Source of the DNA: Thermoproteota archaeon
GTDB taxonomy: Archaea > Korarchaeota > Korarchaeia > B14-G2
NCBI GenBank assembly: GCA_037917675.1
Contig: JAVCBW010000014.1
Coordinates: 1 to 45,983, forward strand
Length of the DNA: 45,983 bases
Direction of reading: 5' to 3'
The notes beneath the pieces were generated by a model that made no database searches, had not been told where the DNA came from, and was given only the letters and a program-made list of their open reading frames with translations. Below are positions 1-8,767 of this stretch, piece after piece (the first letter of the stretch is position 1; each line of letters opens with the position of its first letter). Both the position numbers and the translations under genes were made by a program.

Positions 1-1128
1 TGCAAGCCCCATCTTCACATCAAGCTTCTTAGCGAGTGTAAGCATCTCCCTGACCTGGACATGTGGCGTGTCTGGTGTAGCTACTGCCACCAGTAGGTCA
101 GATGGTATTGCAGCTGCTATGGCTAGCTGTGATACTCCTAGAGGAGTGTCAACCAGTATATACTCGTACTCATTCATGTCAGCTAGCTCAAGCAGTACGT
201 CTATAAGTAGAGTCGGGTCAATCTCTATCTCTGAGTTAGAAGGGAGTATACTCAGCAAGCCAGCTGCAGGTGACGCTGATGTGACTACACCCGTGTACTT
301 AAGCAGCCATCTCGATGGTATCCCACCATACCTTCTTCTTCCGCTTGCCTCTCTATACCCCACTGGCTTCAGTAGTGTATTGAGGTATCTTCTAGCTCTA
401 TGCTCTAGCATGAGAGATGCAGTAGAGCTTGGGATATTAGCATCTACTATGAGAACTCTCCTACCCATTGCAGCTAGCATAGCTCCTGTGTTCACGAGCG
501 TGGTAGTCTTGCTAGCTCCATCTGTAGCTGACAGAAAGCATATGACCTTGCTGTCAACTGAAGCCGTTAGCTCAAGGAGGCTTTCAGCTACCTCAACTGA
601 GCCTGAGGACCTAGGAAGCAAGCCTGTGAATATTTCTCCCTGCAGGGATGCTATCTGCTGGATCAGTGCTGAGCTACATAGCACCACCCTGACAGACCCC
701 CTCTCTCTCCTTATGTCTCTTAGAATCCTGTAGATGGCATGTTCTCCCTTCAGCCTACTTCTACTAGTTGTGTAAAGGCCTCCGACAGGCTTCCCTCTGA
801 AGACCGCTAGCAGGAACCTCCCGTGTCGCATAAGCCCTACTGCTATCGCTGAAAGCCTCCTCTCAGCTGCCGTCTTGAGGAAGATGGAGAAGCTCTGCAT
901 CTTTACTGCAAAGGCCTTCACACCCTCTCCTCTCACACCGAGATATGCTCTCATAGCTGACTTGATGAAGTCTAGGCCTCCATTGATCTGGATGGAGACA
1001 GGCTTATTCCCATAGTATCCTATTGAGACTCTGTCGACCTCCACAAGCCTATCAGCCTTCTCACTTGAGAGTAGTATTATCAGTCTGTCCTCTAGGCCAT
1101 CATACTCCAGCTCCAAGCTCCATCTCAC
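1..1128 (-). CDS. MinD/ParA (BcsQ-like) ATPase with N-terminal DUF2283-like and PATAN/DUF2226-like regions; 3' end runs off the window
   Basis: Hand-translated and absent from the ORF track. GTG at 1128 overlaps the upstream TGA (GTGA) and the frame is open to base 1. MinD-type motifs: KVICFLSATDGASKTTTLVNTGAMLAAMGRRVLIVDAN and YEYILVDTPLG..LAIAAAIPSDLLVAVATPD. Confidence 0.8.
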   Translation of the reverse strand, partial: MRWSLELEYDGLEDRLIILLSSEKADRLVEVDRVSIGYYGNKPVSIQINGGLDFIKSAMRAYLGVRGEGVKAFAVKMQSFSIFLKTAAERRLSAIAVGLMRHGRFLLAVFRGKPVGGLYTTSRSRLKGEHAIYRILRDIRRERGSVRVVLCSSALIQQIASLQGEIFTGLLPRSSGSVEVAESLLELTASVDSKVICFLSATDGASKTTTLVNTGAMLAAMGRRVLIVDANIPSSTASLMLEHRARRYLNTLLKPVGYREASGRRRYGGIPSRWLLKYTGVVTSASPAAGLLSILPSNSEIEIDPTLLIDVLLELADMNEYEYILVDTPLGVSQLAIAAAIPSDLLVAVATPDTPHVQVREMLTLAKKLDVKMGLA

Positions 1129-1970
1129 CTTGCTTTCCTTAAGCTGCTCGTCATGGTGAGGAGTGAGACTGAAGCTCCAGCTAACACACCTGCTATGAAG
1201 GCCATGAGCAAGCTTGCGTTAGAGCTGCTATCTGAGCTACCTTCAGCTAGCTCTGGTAGGAGAGCTACCTTAGCTCCGCTTTCAGCTACTGCTTTCATGT
1301 GCTGCCTGAAGAGAGCTGGGCTAGTAGAAGTCTCTCTTGGCGTCTCATCTGATATATGGTGGTATGTGAGTACTATCAGAGATCCAGGTGGGCTATCTGA
1401 TATGATAGCTGATATAGCCTCTGGGCTTTCTGAGGTTATCGGCCAGGATGGGACTAGATATCTGAAGTCAGATAGCCTAGCTAGATCTAGGTAGGCTGGA
1501 GTTATCGTTCTGGCGCAGACATAGCCTGCCTCAGCTATAGCTTGAGCTACTGGAATATTCCAGGATCCATACGGGTAGACAAACGTCTTCACTTCTATCC
1601 CAAGAGACTCTAAGACTCTCTTGCTCTCGAGAACCTCATTGTAGAGCTTCTCCTCACTTAGGGTTGTAAGGTCTAGGTGGGTGTGTGAATGGGAAGCTAT
1701 GTCCATCCCCAGATCCTGGAGCTTACGTAGGTCTTCTGAAGTCATTCTGGCGTATGGTGTACCTTGGTCTGCGCCTATGAAGGCTGTTGGAGCAGCGAAA
1801 GAGGCCTTAAACCCATACTCTAGTAGCACTGGGAGAGCATTTTCAAGCTGGTCTCTCCAGAGGTCATCGAAGAATATGCAAACTATCCTAGTTGGCTCCT
1901 TAGAGCAGGCTGACAGCGAACTGAGGCTTAGAGCTGCCACGACCGTAACTAGAAGCAGCCTGTTAGCCAT
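1125..1970 (-). CDS. Polysaccharide deacetylase (CE4/NodB family), secreted and membrane anchored
   Basis: Motifs IFFDD, HSHTH, FVYPYG, LTYHHI. N-terminal signal with lipobox-like LSAC and a C-terminal hydrophobic helix. Confidence 0.9.
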   Translation of the reverse strand: MANRLLLVTVVAALSLSSLSACSKEPTRIVCIFFDDLWRDQLENALPVLLEYGFKASFAAPTAFIGADQGTPYARMTSEDLRKLQDLGMDIASHSHTHLDLTTLSEEKLYNEVLESKRVLESLGIEVKTFVYPYGSWNIPVAQAIAEAGYVCARTITPAYLDLARLSDFRYLVPSWPITSESPEAISAIISDSPPGSLIVLTYHHISDETPRETSTSPALFRQHMKAVAESGAKVALLPELAEGSSDSSSNASLLMAFIAGVLAGASVSLLTMTSSLRKAR

Positions 1971-2973
1971 ATCTATCAGCTCTCAGCCATGTTGTCAGCT
2001 TCCTCCTCAACAGAAGCTCCCTCACTAGGCTATGCAACCAGACTGCTAGGTTCAAGATCCTAAATAAGGGGAGTACTAGGGCTGCGAGGTAGAGCTTTCG
2101 ACCATAGCTTCTACCTCTGTAAGCTAGCATGAAGCCTAATACCACCTCTATGGCAGCCCAGAGAGCTAGAGGTGCTAGCATGCCTAGGGCTGCTAAGCTC
2201 ATGGTAGCAGCCCAGCTCACGCATTCTGCTACTATCCCTAGGAGGTAGAGCTTAAACCTAGCGCTAACCCCTCTGAAGTGCTTCCTGAAGCACTGGAAGA
2301 AGCCTGAGTACCACCTTTTCAGCTGCCTTATATAGCTCCTGATATTCGGGGGGTCCTGTGTGTAAACTATAGCTCTGCTCTCATAGACCACTTTGAATCC
2401 AGCTTCATGCACTGATAATGTGATATCCATATCCTCTGCCACAGTGTCAGCTGAAAGAGCCTTCTTGAAGATGTCTGCTCTGAAAGTACCTCCTGCTCCA
2501 GGAGCTACGAATATTGTTCCCATCGCATCTTGCCCCGGCCTAAACACTAGGTCTGCTAGCAGGTAATCAAGTTGCCTAACCATGGTAATGAGGTTATAGC
2601 TCTTTGAGACAACCTTCCCACATACAGCTCCGACAGATGGGTCTATCATCCTCTTCGTAACGAGCTCTATGTAGCTTGAGTCTAGCTCACTGTCTGCATC
2701 AATGGTAACCACCACGTCTCCACTTACATATTCTAAGCCAGCTTCCAAAGCTAGAGCTTTGTTCCCTGTGTTCTCACTTAAGGAGATCACAGTCACCCTG
2801 TCAGATAGCTGTGCTAGCAGGCTTGCCAGCTTACCTGTCCTGTCTGTAGACCCATCATTGATCACTATTATTTCATCAGGCAGCCTAGTCTGCCTTAGCA
2901 GGCTCACCACAGATCTAAGAATATTCCTCTCTTCATTATATGCTGGAATCAAAGCTGTTACCTTCATGCTCAC
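1963..2973 (-). CDS. Processive glycosyltransferase family 2 (IcaA/PgaC/BcsA-like)
   Basis: IPAYNEE, INDGSTD, DADS, AEDMD and QLKRW (D,D,D,QxxRW), followed by C-terminal TM helices. Confidence 0.92.
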   Translation of the reverse strand: MSMKVTALIPAYNEERNILRSVVSLLRQTRLPDEIIVINDGSTDRTGKLASLLAQLSDRVTVISLSENTGNKALALEAGLEYVSGDVVVTIDADSELDSSYIELVTKRMIDPSVGAVCGKVVSKSYNLITMVRQLDYLLADLVFRPGQDAMGTIFVAPGAGGTFRADIFKKALSADTVAEDMDITLSVHEAGFKVVYESRAIVYTQDPPNIRSYIRQLKRWYSGFFQCFRKHFRGVSARFKLYLLGIVAECVSWAATMSLAALGMLAPLALWAAIEVVLGFMLAYRGRSYGRKLYLAALVLPLFRILNLAVWLHSLVRELLLRRKLTTWLRADRYG

Positions 2974-3179
2974 CCTGTCAGGAGGTACATCCCGAATCCA
3001 AAGGAGAATGCTCCGATAATAACCAATATAAGGAAGAGCCAGCTCAGTGGCGAGGTTACGAGCGCTAGCTGGATGAACACTAGCCCTACTGACAGAAGTA
3101 GTGCTGCACCGATCCTCTGCCTCCTCCTCTCCTTTCTTATTCTCTCAGCTTCCTTAGCTAGCTCTTCTACCGTCACCAT
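2970..3179 (-). CDS. Small 2-TM membrane protein
   Basis: 69 aa with a charged N-terminal helix and two hydrophobic segments; start and stop overlap both neighbours. Confidence 0.75.
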   Translation of the reverse strand: MVTVEELAKEAERIRKERRRQRIGAALLLSVGLVFIQLALVTSPLSWLFLILVIIGAFSFGFGMYLLTG

Positions 3180-3805
3180 AATACTCCCACTTCAATCCTG
3201 GCAGCCAGCTGCTCCTCAGCTCTGTCACACCAGGTAAACTGGAGATCCCAGGGTGGAGGGCCTCTGAGCAGCATCTTGCGAAGAGCCTCAAACTCAACTT
3301 TGCCAATGAGCCCTACCATGTAGGCTATGTAAGCGAGCTCTACTGGCGTAACTACTCTAACACCAACTCCTTTTTTCTCTATGAGATCTGAGGCTATCTG
3401 CTTAGCAAGGGGGTCGCCAAATACTGTTAGGGCATCATGTCTAAGCCCAAGCAGCATGGTCCTACTCTCATGCTCAAGCAGCCCATGGTCTCTGAGGAGA
3501 TCACGACAGAGCTTTTCATATCCTTCTGGAAGCTTATCTACTTCTAAGATGCCATTCTTAATAAGCACTTTAAGGTGATTAGAGTCTATTGTTCTAGTGA
3601 ATGCCTTTAGTGCCTTTTCCTCGATGACTATCTTGCCTAGAAGCCTATGTACTCTATCGATTCCAATTGTTAGCAAGCTACCTACTGCTGTAGGGTCAGC
3701 TACACTAAGGCCTCTACAAGACAGAGGGATTAATGCTCTGCTACTTAAGGCTCTAGCTATAGCATGTCCCACAGCTCCAAGAGGTCCGATACTGAGATAA
3801 GGCAT
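3173..3805 (-). CDS. Degenerate PIN-domain protein (DUF3368/COG2405-like)
   Basis: VADPTAVGSLLTIG..LLGKIVI, LLEHESRTMLLGL..TVFGDPLAKQIA and GVRVVTPVELAYIAYMVGLI follow the DUF3368 PIN pattern, with altered acidic sites. Confidence 0.6.
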   Translation of the reverse strand: MPYLSIGPLGAVGHAIARALSSRALIPLSCRGLSVADPTAVGSLLTIGIDRVHRLLGKIVIEEKALKAFTRTIDSNHLKVLIKNGILEVDKLPEGYEKLCRDLLRDHGLLEHESRTMLLGLRHDALTVFGDPLAKQIASDLIEKKGVGVRVVTPVELAYIAYMVGLIGKVEFEALRKMLLRGPPPWDLQFTWCDRAEEQLAARIEVGVLW

Positions 3806-3807
3806 GC

Positions 3808-3841
3808 TACTCAGCTCTCATATGCATATGGGAGTTGAGTA
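3808..3841. repeat. 34-bp imperfect inverted repeat just upstream of the operon start
   Basis: TACTCAGCTCTCATATG|CATATGGGAGTTGAGTA; 15 of 17 arm positions are complementary and the other two are G-T. Confidence 0.8.
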
Positions 3842-3875
3842 CTCCCTATATGCTCCGCTAACGTATATAATGAGT

Positions 3876-3898
3876 TGTTTATAAGGTTTGCTATTTTT
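3876..3898 (-). promoter_or_regulatory. Putative BRE/TATA promoter of the GT2 operon
   Basis: Minus strand reads AAAAATAGCAAACCTTATAAAC about 75 nt upstream of ATG 3805, in an AT-rich intergenic region. Confidence 0.5.
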
Positions 3899-4339
3899 AG
3901 GCCTAAGTGTAACGTGGTAAAAGCTATCTGCTTAAATTGACTGATCTAGGCCTCATACTCTAGGATTTAGCTGCCTTCTTAGTAGTGTGAGAGGATTATA
4001 CTCCTCTAACTCTCTCATTCCATGTAAACAGCAGTCTTTGTTGGGATATAGCTAAAGTGGGGCTGCTATGCTTATCGGCTCCAATATAGGAGAGCTTCTC
4101 TTGCATAGTACAGAGTACACTATACATAATTGCTTTTTTTCCTTCACAAGAGCTCTAAGAATAATGGATTATGGCTTTACAGTATGCTTTATGTCAGCTG
4201 AAGCATTATGGTGAGATAAAGGTATATGTGGCTGAGGCTGGGGATTAGAGCCTTATAGGGCTGTCTGGTGGCTACCTGGTGTGATGGGATATGCCAGCTT
4301 TTTCAGGGCAGCTAGCTATCTCCACTTTTGATGTAGAGC

Positions 4340-6133
4340 TCAGCAGGCTCCTGCTATCCTCTTCAGCGAGCCTGCTATCAGCCTTGCTTCTGGCATCGTC
4401 TCCTCTGCTTTCTCAAGAGCTCTCTCAGCTCTATCCTTGTCTCCTGCAGCATGGTTGAGCGCAGCTATCTTAACATAGAGTTCACCTTCCTCTCTCCCTT
4501 TGAGCTTCAGTTTGAGCTTTCCAGCTTCCCTATCCCATCTAGCTGCTTCCTCTAAGCTCCCCTTTGCCTCAGCTAGGATTCTCATAGCTTCTGCTGCGAG
4601 AGCTGCTCTAGCTGGCTTCCCTCTGCTTTCAGCTAGCATCCTGCTGCATTCCCTCTCTATAGCCTCCTCTATTGATCTCCCGTGGTCTGGCAGCTTCTCT
4701 CTGTGCTTAAGAGCTTTAACGAGGTCTAGCAGGGCTCTAGCATGCTGATTCACTTCTATGCTTATCAAAGCCATGTTCGCGTATGCTTCCGGCAGCTTTG
4801 AAAGCTCTGCTGCATGCCTGTAGTCGCTGTAGGCCCCCTGTAGGTCTCCTAGCCTAGCTCTCACAGATCCTCTAGCCATGTATGCCCTGTAGCAGCTTTG
4901 GTCTAGAGCTATAGCTGTTGTTAAGAGCCTCTCAGCCTCCTCTAGGCTATCCTGCTTCAAGGCTACCATAGCTAGATCACAGTAGCCTTCTGCTGTCGGA
5001 TCCTCTCTGAGAGCCTCCTCTAGCTCTGCTCTAGCCTCACTGAGCTTACCTAGCTTAGCTAAAGCTATTCCACGCATCCACCTGGCTTGGCTGCTTGGTG
5101 AAGCTGACATCGAGCATGTGTACTCTTCTATAGCCTTCTCAATGTCTCCCTTGAGCTGCATTATGTTCCCAATGTAGTATGGTACGTCTGGCCTGCGTGG
5201 GTTTTCACTTCTAGCTTTCTCCAGGAGCTCTAAGGCTTCATCTAGTCTCCCCTGCCTCGCTAAGATAGCTGCCAGCATGACCTTCGCCTCTGATTCCCCT
5301 GGCTGCTGTGCTAGCTCAGCTAACAGCTGCTCTGCTATAGGCTGGCCTCCAGCTTTAGCTTCGAGGATAGCTAGGGTTAGCTTCGCCTGGTAGCTTACTC
5401 TGGTTCCAGCTAGCTCAGCTAGAAGCTCCCTTGACTCAGATAGCATTCCTAGCTCAAGCATCCTATATGCTAGCTGCTGTGCTTCAGAGTACATTCTCTC
5501 CTGGAGTAGAGCTTCACCTAGCTTCTTGAGCAGGCTTCTTGAGCTCTCTAAGGGCACTTGGAGGAGCACTTCCTCAGGGCAGTAGACTATACCACCTTCC
5601 TCTATGGCTTGAGGAGGTGTATCCCAGCTTGTGCTGAGGAGCTCTGACGCCAGCTCAGCTAGCCTCCTAGCTGTTGGAGTCAGCTCTGCTTCATGGAGGA
5701 GCCTCAGAGCTCTGAGCTGTGGTGTGGCCTCTACCCTAAGGCTCTTGGCTTCAGCTGGAGCATAGAGCTTTCTGAAGGACATTCTGACAGCTAGCGGAGC
5801 TGACTTGAGCCACCTGCTTGAGCAGGCTGCTATAGCTAGATCTACGTGTAGCAGGTAGTCACTTAAGCTCACCCACCTCCTGACCAGCCTATCTAGCTTA
5901 GGTATTAACGCTAGCCTGCACTTAGGTGGCTCTGACTCTAAGCTTATGGCTTCTGCCTTAAGCTCAGCTGCTAGAGCATAGGCTGCAGCTGCGCTGCTGC
6001 TCCAGAGCCTGCTGGCGTATAGTATCCAGCTCCCCTTCCTGATAGCTTCAGCTCCATGCTCTGTGAGCTGCCTGCTGGCTTCTAGCCCTAGGATGGGCAG
6101 CTTGGCTGCACTTTCACATCTTCCCCGAGTCAT
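4340..6133 (-). CDS. TPR-repeat protein with a degenerate AAA+-like N-terminal region
   Basis: Multiple TPR units (e.g. VPYYIGNIMQLKGDIEKAIEEY, AYMARGSVRARLGDLQGAYSDY). Confidence 0.85.
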   Translation of the reverse strand: MTRGRCESAAKLPILGLEASRQLTEHGAEAIRKGSWILYASRLWSSSAAAAYALAAELKAEAISLESEPPKCRLALIPKLDRLVRRWVSLSDYLLHVDLAIAACSSRWLKSAPLAVRMSFRKLYAPAEAKSLRVEATPQLRALRLLHEAELTPTARRLAELASELLSTSWDTPPQAIEEGGIVYCPEEVLLQVPLESSRSLLKKLGEALLQERMYSEAQQLAYRMLELGMLSESRELLAELAGTRVSYQAKLTLAILEAKAGGQPIAEQLLAELAQQPGESEAKVMLAAILARQGRLDEALELLEKARSENPRRPDVPYYIGNIMQLKGDIEKAIEEYTCSMSASPSSQARWMRGIALAKLGKLSEARAELEEALREDPTAEGYCDLAMVALKQDSLEEAERLLTTAIALDQSCYRAYMARGSVRARLGDLQGAYSDYRHAAELSKLPEAYANMALISIEVNQHARALLDLVKALKHREKLPDHGRSIEEAIERECSRMLAESRGKPARAALAAEAMRILAEAKGSLEEAARWDREAGKLKLKLKGREEGELYVKIAALNHAAGDKDRAERALEKAEETMPEARLIAGSLKRIAGAC

Positions 6134-6184
6134 CTCTAGTAGGCTGAGGCTTTGCTTTATAAGTATGGAGTCAGGTGGCCTGCT

Positions 6185-6721
6185 ATGCTCAGTGTAAGCT
6201 CCCTTAAGGGTAAGCTTACACCAGTCTGTAAGATAGGTGAGCCTGAGAAGAGGTCTGCAGCTGTCTCATTGATCTGGAGGGTCAGCGACTCCAGCGTGCT
6301 GCTCATCAAGAGAGCTGAGGCAGACGAAGACCCTTGGGCTGGCCAGGTAGCATTACCAGGGGGGCTATGGGAGCCTGGTGATGCCAGCCTGGTCGATACA
6401 GCTGTAAGGGAAGCTATGGAGGAGGTTCAGCTTGATATAAGGAGGAGCTGCTGGATCCTAGGGTGGCTTGAGCCTGAGTCTCCGAGGAACAGGCCTGATC
6501 TGAAGGTCTATCCTCTCGTCTGCCTGCTTGAAGAGGAGCAAGCTGAGCCTAAGCCAGGCTCAGAGGTGAGTGAGGTGTTCTGGGCTCCCATGCCAGAGCT
6601 TGTCAGCAGCTGGAGCAGCGAGCTTGGAGGCTGCTTCAGGTGGAGGGAGAAGGTCATCTGGGGGCTGACCTATAGGATCCTGCTCAAGTTTGCTAGAGCA
6701 ATAGGGCTAGTAGGCTCCTAG
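6185..6721 (+). CDS. Nudix hydrolase, CoA pyrophosphatase (NudL/Pcd1-like)
   Basis: DPWAGQVALPGG, Nudix box TAVREAMEEV, and IWGLTYRIL. ATG 6185 preferred because it follows a TTTATAA box. Confidence 0.88.
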   Translation: MLSVSSLKGKLTPVCKIGEPEKRSAAVSLIWRVSDSSVLLIKRAEADEDPWAGQVALPGGLWEPGDASLVDTAVREAMEEVQLDIRRSCWILGWLEPESPRNRPDLKVYPLVCLLEEEQAEPKPGSEVSEVFWAPMPELVSSWSSELGGCFRWREKVIWGLTYRILLKFARAIGLVGS

Positions 6722-6736
6722 CCTCTCCATTAGAGC

Positions 6737-7240
6737 TCACTTAGCTGACGCTATCTCATCTGGCTTTATCACAGATATCCCAGTTAGCTGCCCGAAGACC
6801 TCTACTAGAACAACCTTATCTGGGCTCTTTAAGCTGACCTTCCTGTCTACTATGCTAGCTAAGGCGTCTATTATCTCTCTTGTATGTAGCTGGGTGTGCC
6901 TCTTCTCGACTGTAATCCTGAACGTCTCATCTTCACCTATCTTGTGGACTAGCTCCCTGAGAGCAGCCTTCATTTCATCTAGGTCTGTTCTCACAGTCCT
7001 CTCTAGTGGAATGTATCTCTTGGTGTACTGGAATAGCTCAGGCCTCTCTTCCATAAGCTTCTTAACCTGCCTAACAGCCTCAACTGGGTCACCTTCAACT
7101 CTAGCTGCTAGAAGCCCCTTTATAGGGGTCTCCTCCACCTCTACTCTGCTCACACCAGCCTCCTTCAAGACCTCAACTGCCTCAAGCTTACCTGCAAACT
7201 CTTCTCCTCTACCAGTTGTGACCAGCATGTTTGGCTGCAT
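6737..7240 (-). CDS. THUMP-domain RNA-binding protein (Tan1-like)
   Basis: ETFRITVEKRHT..IIDALA..RKVSLKSPDKVVLVEV. Confidence 0.88.
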   Translation of the reverse strand: MQPNMLVTTGRGEEFAGKLEAVEVLKEAGVSRVEVEETPIKGLLAARVEGDPVEAVRQVKKLMEERPELFQYTKRYIPLERTVRTDLDEMKAALRELVHKIGEDETFRITVEKRHTQLHTREIIDALASIVDRKVSLKSPDKVVLVEVFGQLTGISVIKPDEIASAK

Positions 7241-7375
7241 ACCCTACTATGTAGCTGCCAGCTTTAAAAGTAGTGGCCTAAGTCAGGGGCTGAGCTTAGG
7301 CTATAGTGGGCTTCGATAAGACTTAATAGGCGCTCTAGTAGCTAGCTTGCTCCCTGATATGTTGGAGGTGGTGAG

Positions 7376-8140
7376 GTGCCTGAAGTCGAGGTTGAGCTCT
7401 TGGACAGCCTGCTCTCACCTGCTAAGGTTGCTGTCATCAGGCTTAGCTGCCCTGATAGGAGGAATGCCTTAAGCCGAGTGATGCTTGAAGAGCTTCTCAG
7501 AGCTCTCAGAGAGCTTAAGAGCGGGGAGGCTAGGAGCATAGTTCTGACTGGCTCAGGCAGGTACTTTAGCTCTGGTGTGGAGCTCAGGGATGCTGCAAGC
7601 GACCCTGAGGGCTTCCTCAAGCTTGGGCAGCTTGCTTACAGGGAGATATCTGAGATGCCTAAGCCTGTTGTCTGCTGTATCAATGGTGATGCTATTGGAG
7701 CTGGGCTTGAGCTTGCTCTGGCATGCGACTTCAGAGTGGCATCAGATGCAGCTCTCCTCGGGTTCCCTGAGGCCAGCTTGGGGCTTATACCAGGGCTAGG
7801 TGGGATGAGGAGGCTCATTCAGCTCGTAGGTGTCGGGTGGGCTCTTAAGCTTCTGCTTGAAGCATCTCTCATCACTGGTAGGAAGGCAGCTGAGATAGGG
7901 CTTGTTGAGGAAGCCTATCCTCCAGGAGATGTCTGGGATATGGCTTACTGGTATGCTAGCAGGCTAGCTGAGAACTCTCCCAGCTCGATTAGAGCTATAA
8001 AGTCTGCTTTAGCTAAGGCTGCTGCTGGAGGCCTAGAGGCCGCTGAGATCCTAGCTTTAGCTGTCGAGCAGGCCTCCTCAGAGGATGCGCTAGAGGCTGC
8101 TCTGGCAGCTGCTGAGAGGCGTAAGCCTGTGTTCAGGTAG
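7376..8140 (+). CDS. Enoyl-CoA hydratase/isomerase family protein
   Basis: RRNALS, FSSGVEL, GAGLELALACDFR, PEASLGLIPGLGG; GGAGGTGG SD upstream. Confidence 0.92.
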   Translation: MPEVEVELLDSLLSPAKVAVIRLSCPDRRNALSRVMLEELLRALRELKSGEARSIVLTGSGRYFSSGVELRDAASDPEGFLKLGQLAYREISEMPKPVVCCINGDAIGAGLELALACDFRVASDAALLGFPEASLGLIPGLGGMRRLIQLVGVGWALKLLLEASLITGRKAAEIGLVEEAYPPGDVWDMAYWYASRLAENSPSSIRAIKSALAKAAAGGLEAAEILALAVEQASSEDALEAALAAAERRKPVFR

Positions 8141-8186
8141 GTGGTTAGCTTTTTAAGGCAGTAGGCTGGAGCATTGAGGTGCTAAC

Positions 8187-8762
8187 TTGAAGTACTGCCC
8201 GAACTGTGGTGCTGAAGTATACCCTGATGAAGCTGTGTGTGAGGTCTGTGGGGCTAAGCTCAGAGCCTTTAGGAATGTGAGGAAAGCCTCCCATGTGAGA
8301 GCTAGCTATGCTCCCAGCTTCACGCCAGCTGCCCGCAAAGCGGGTGCATATGGGTCTGCTCCACGAGCTAAGCCTGGAGTCAGGCTCGGGGGGCTTGAGA
8401 GGCCTGCTTCAGCTGCCCTAGCAGCCGCCTCACTCCTCTTCTTCTTCCTGCTCCCCTGGGCTGAGGCTAGTGGGAAGGCTGTCTCCTGGAGCATATTCCT
8501 CAAGCCTTTCGGCCTCACTTGCATGATTGGAGCTGCAGCAGCCTTAGCTGGTGTAGCTAAGCCAATGTTCTTCAGAGAGCTGGTTGCAAGTGGAGGGTCT
8601 GCGATACTCCTCTCCTCCCTGCTAGCTCTCGTGCTCATATGGCTTGAGATCCCTGAGAGCTTGCTTGGTGGAGCTAGCGCTGGAGCTGGTGTTGTAGCTG
8701 ATGCAGCTACAGGCTTCATACTGATCTTGCTTGGGCTGCTGACTAGAAGGTGGAGGTACTAG
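8187..8762 (+). CDS. Zinc-ribbon membrane protein
   Basis: KYCPNCG..CEVCG followed by four hydrophobic helices. Confidence 0.75.
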   Translation: MKYCPNCGAEVYPDEAVCEVCGAKLRAFRNVRKASHVRASYAPSFTPAARKAGAYGSAPRAKPGVRLGGLERPASAALAAASLLFFFLLPWAEASGKAVSWSIFLKPFGLTCMIGAAAALAGVAKPMFFRELVASGGSAILLSSLLALVLIWLEIPESLLGGASAGAGVVADAATGFILILLGLLTRRWRY

Positions 8763-8767
8763 CTTTC

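Noticed and set aside
68-733. 221-aa plus-strand ORF in the track
   Set aside because: Ser-rich antisense shadow of the real MinD-like gene on the minus strand.
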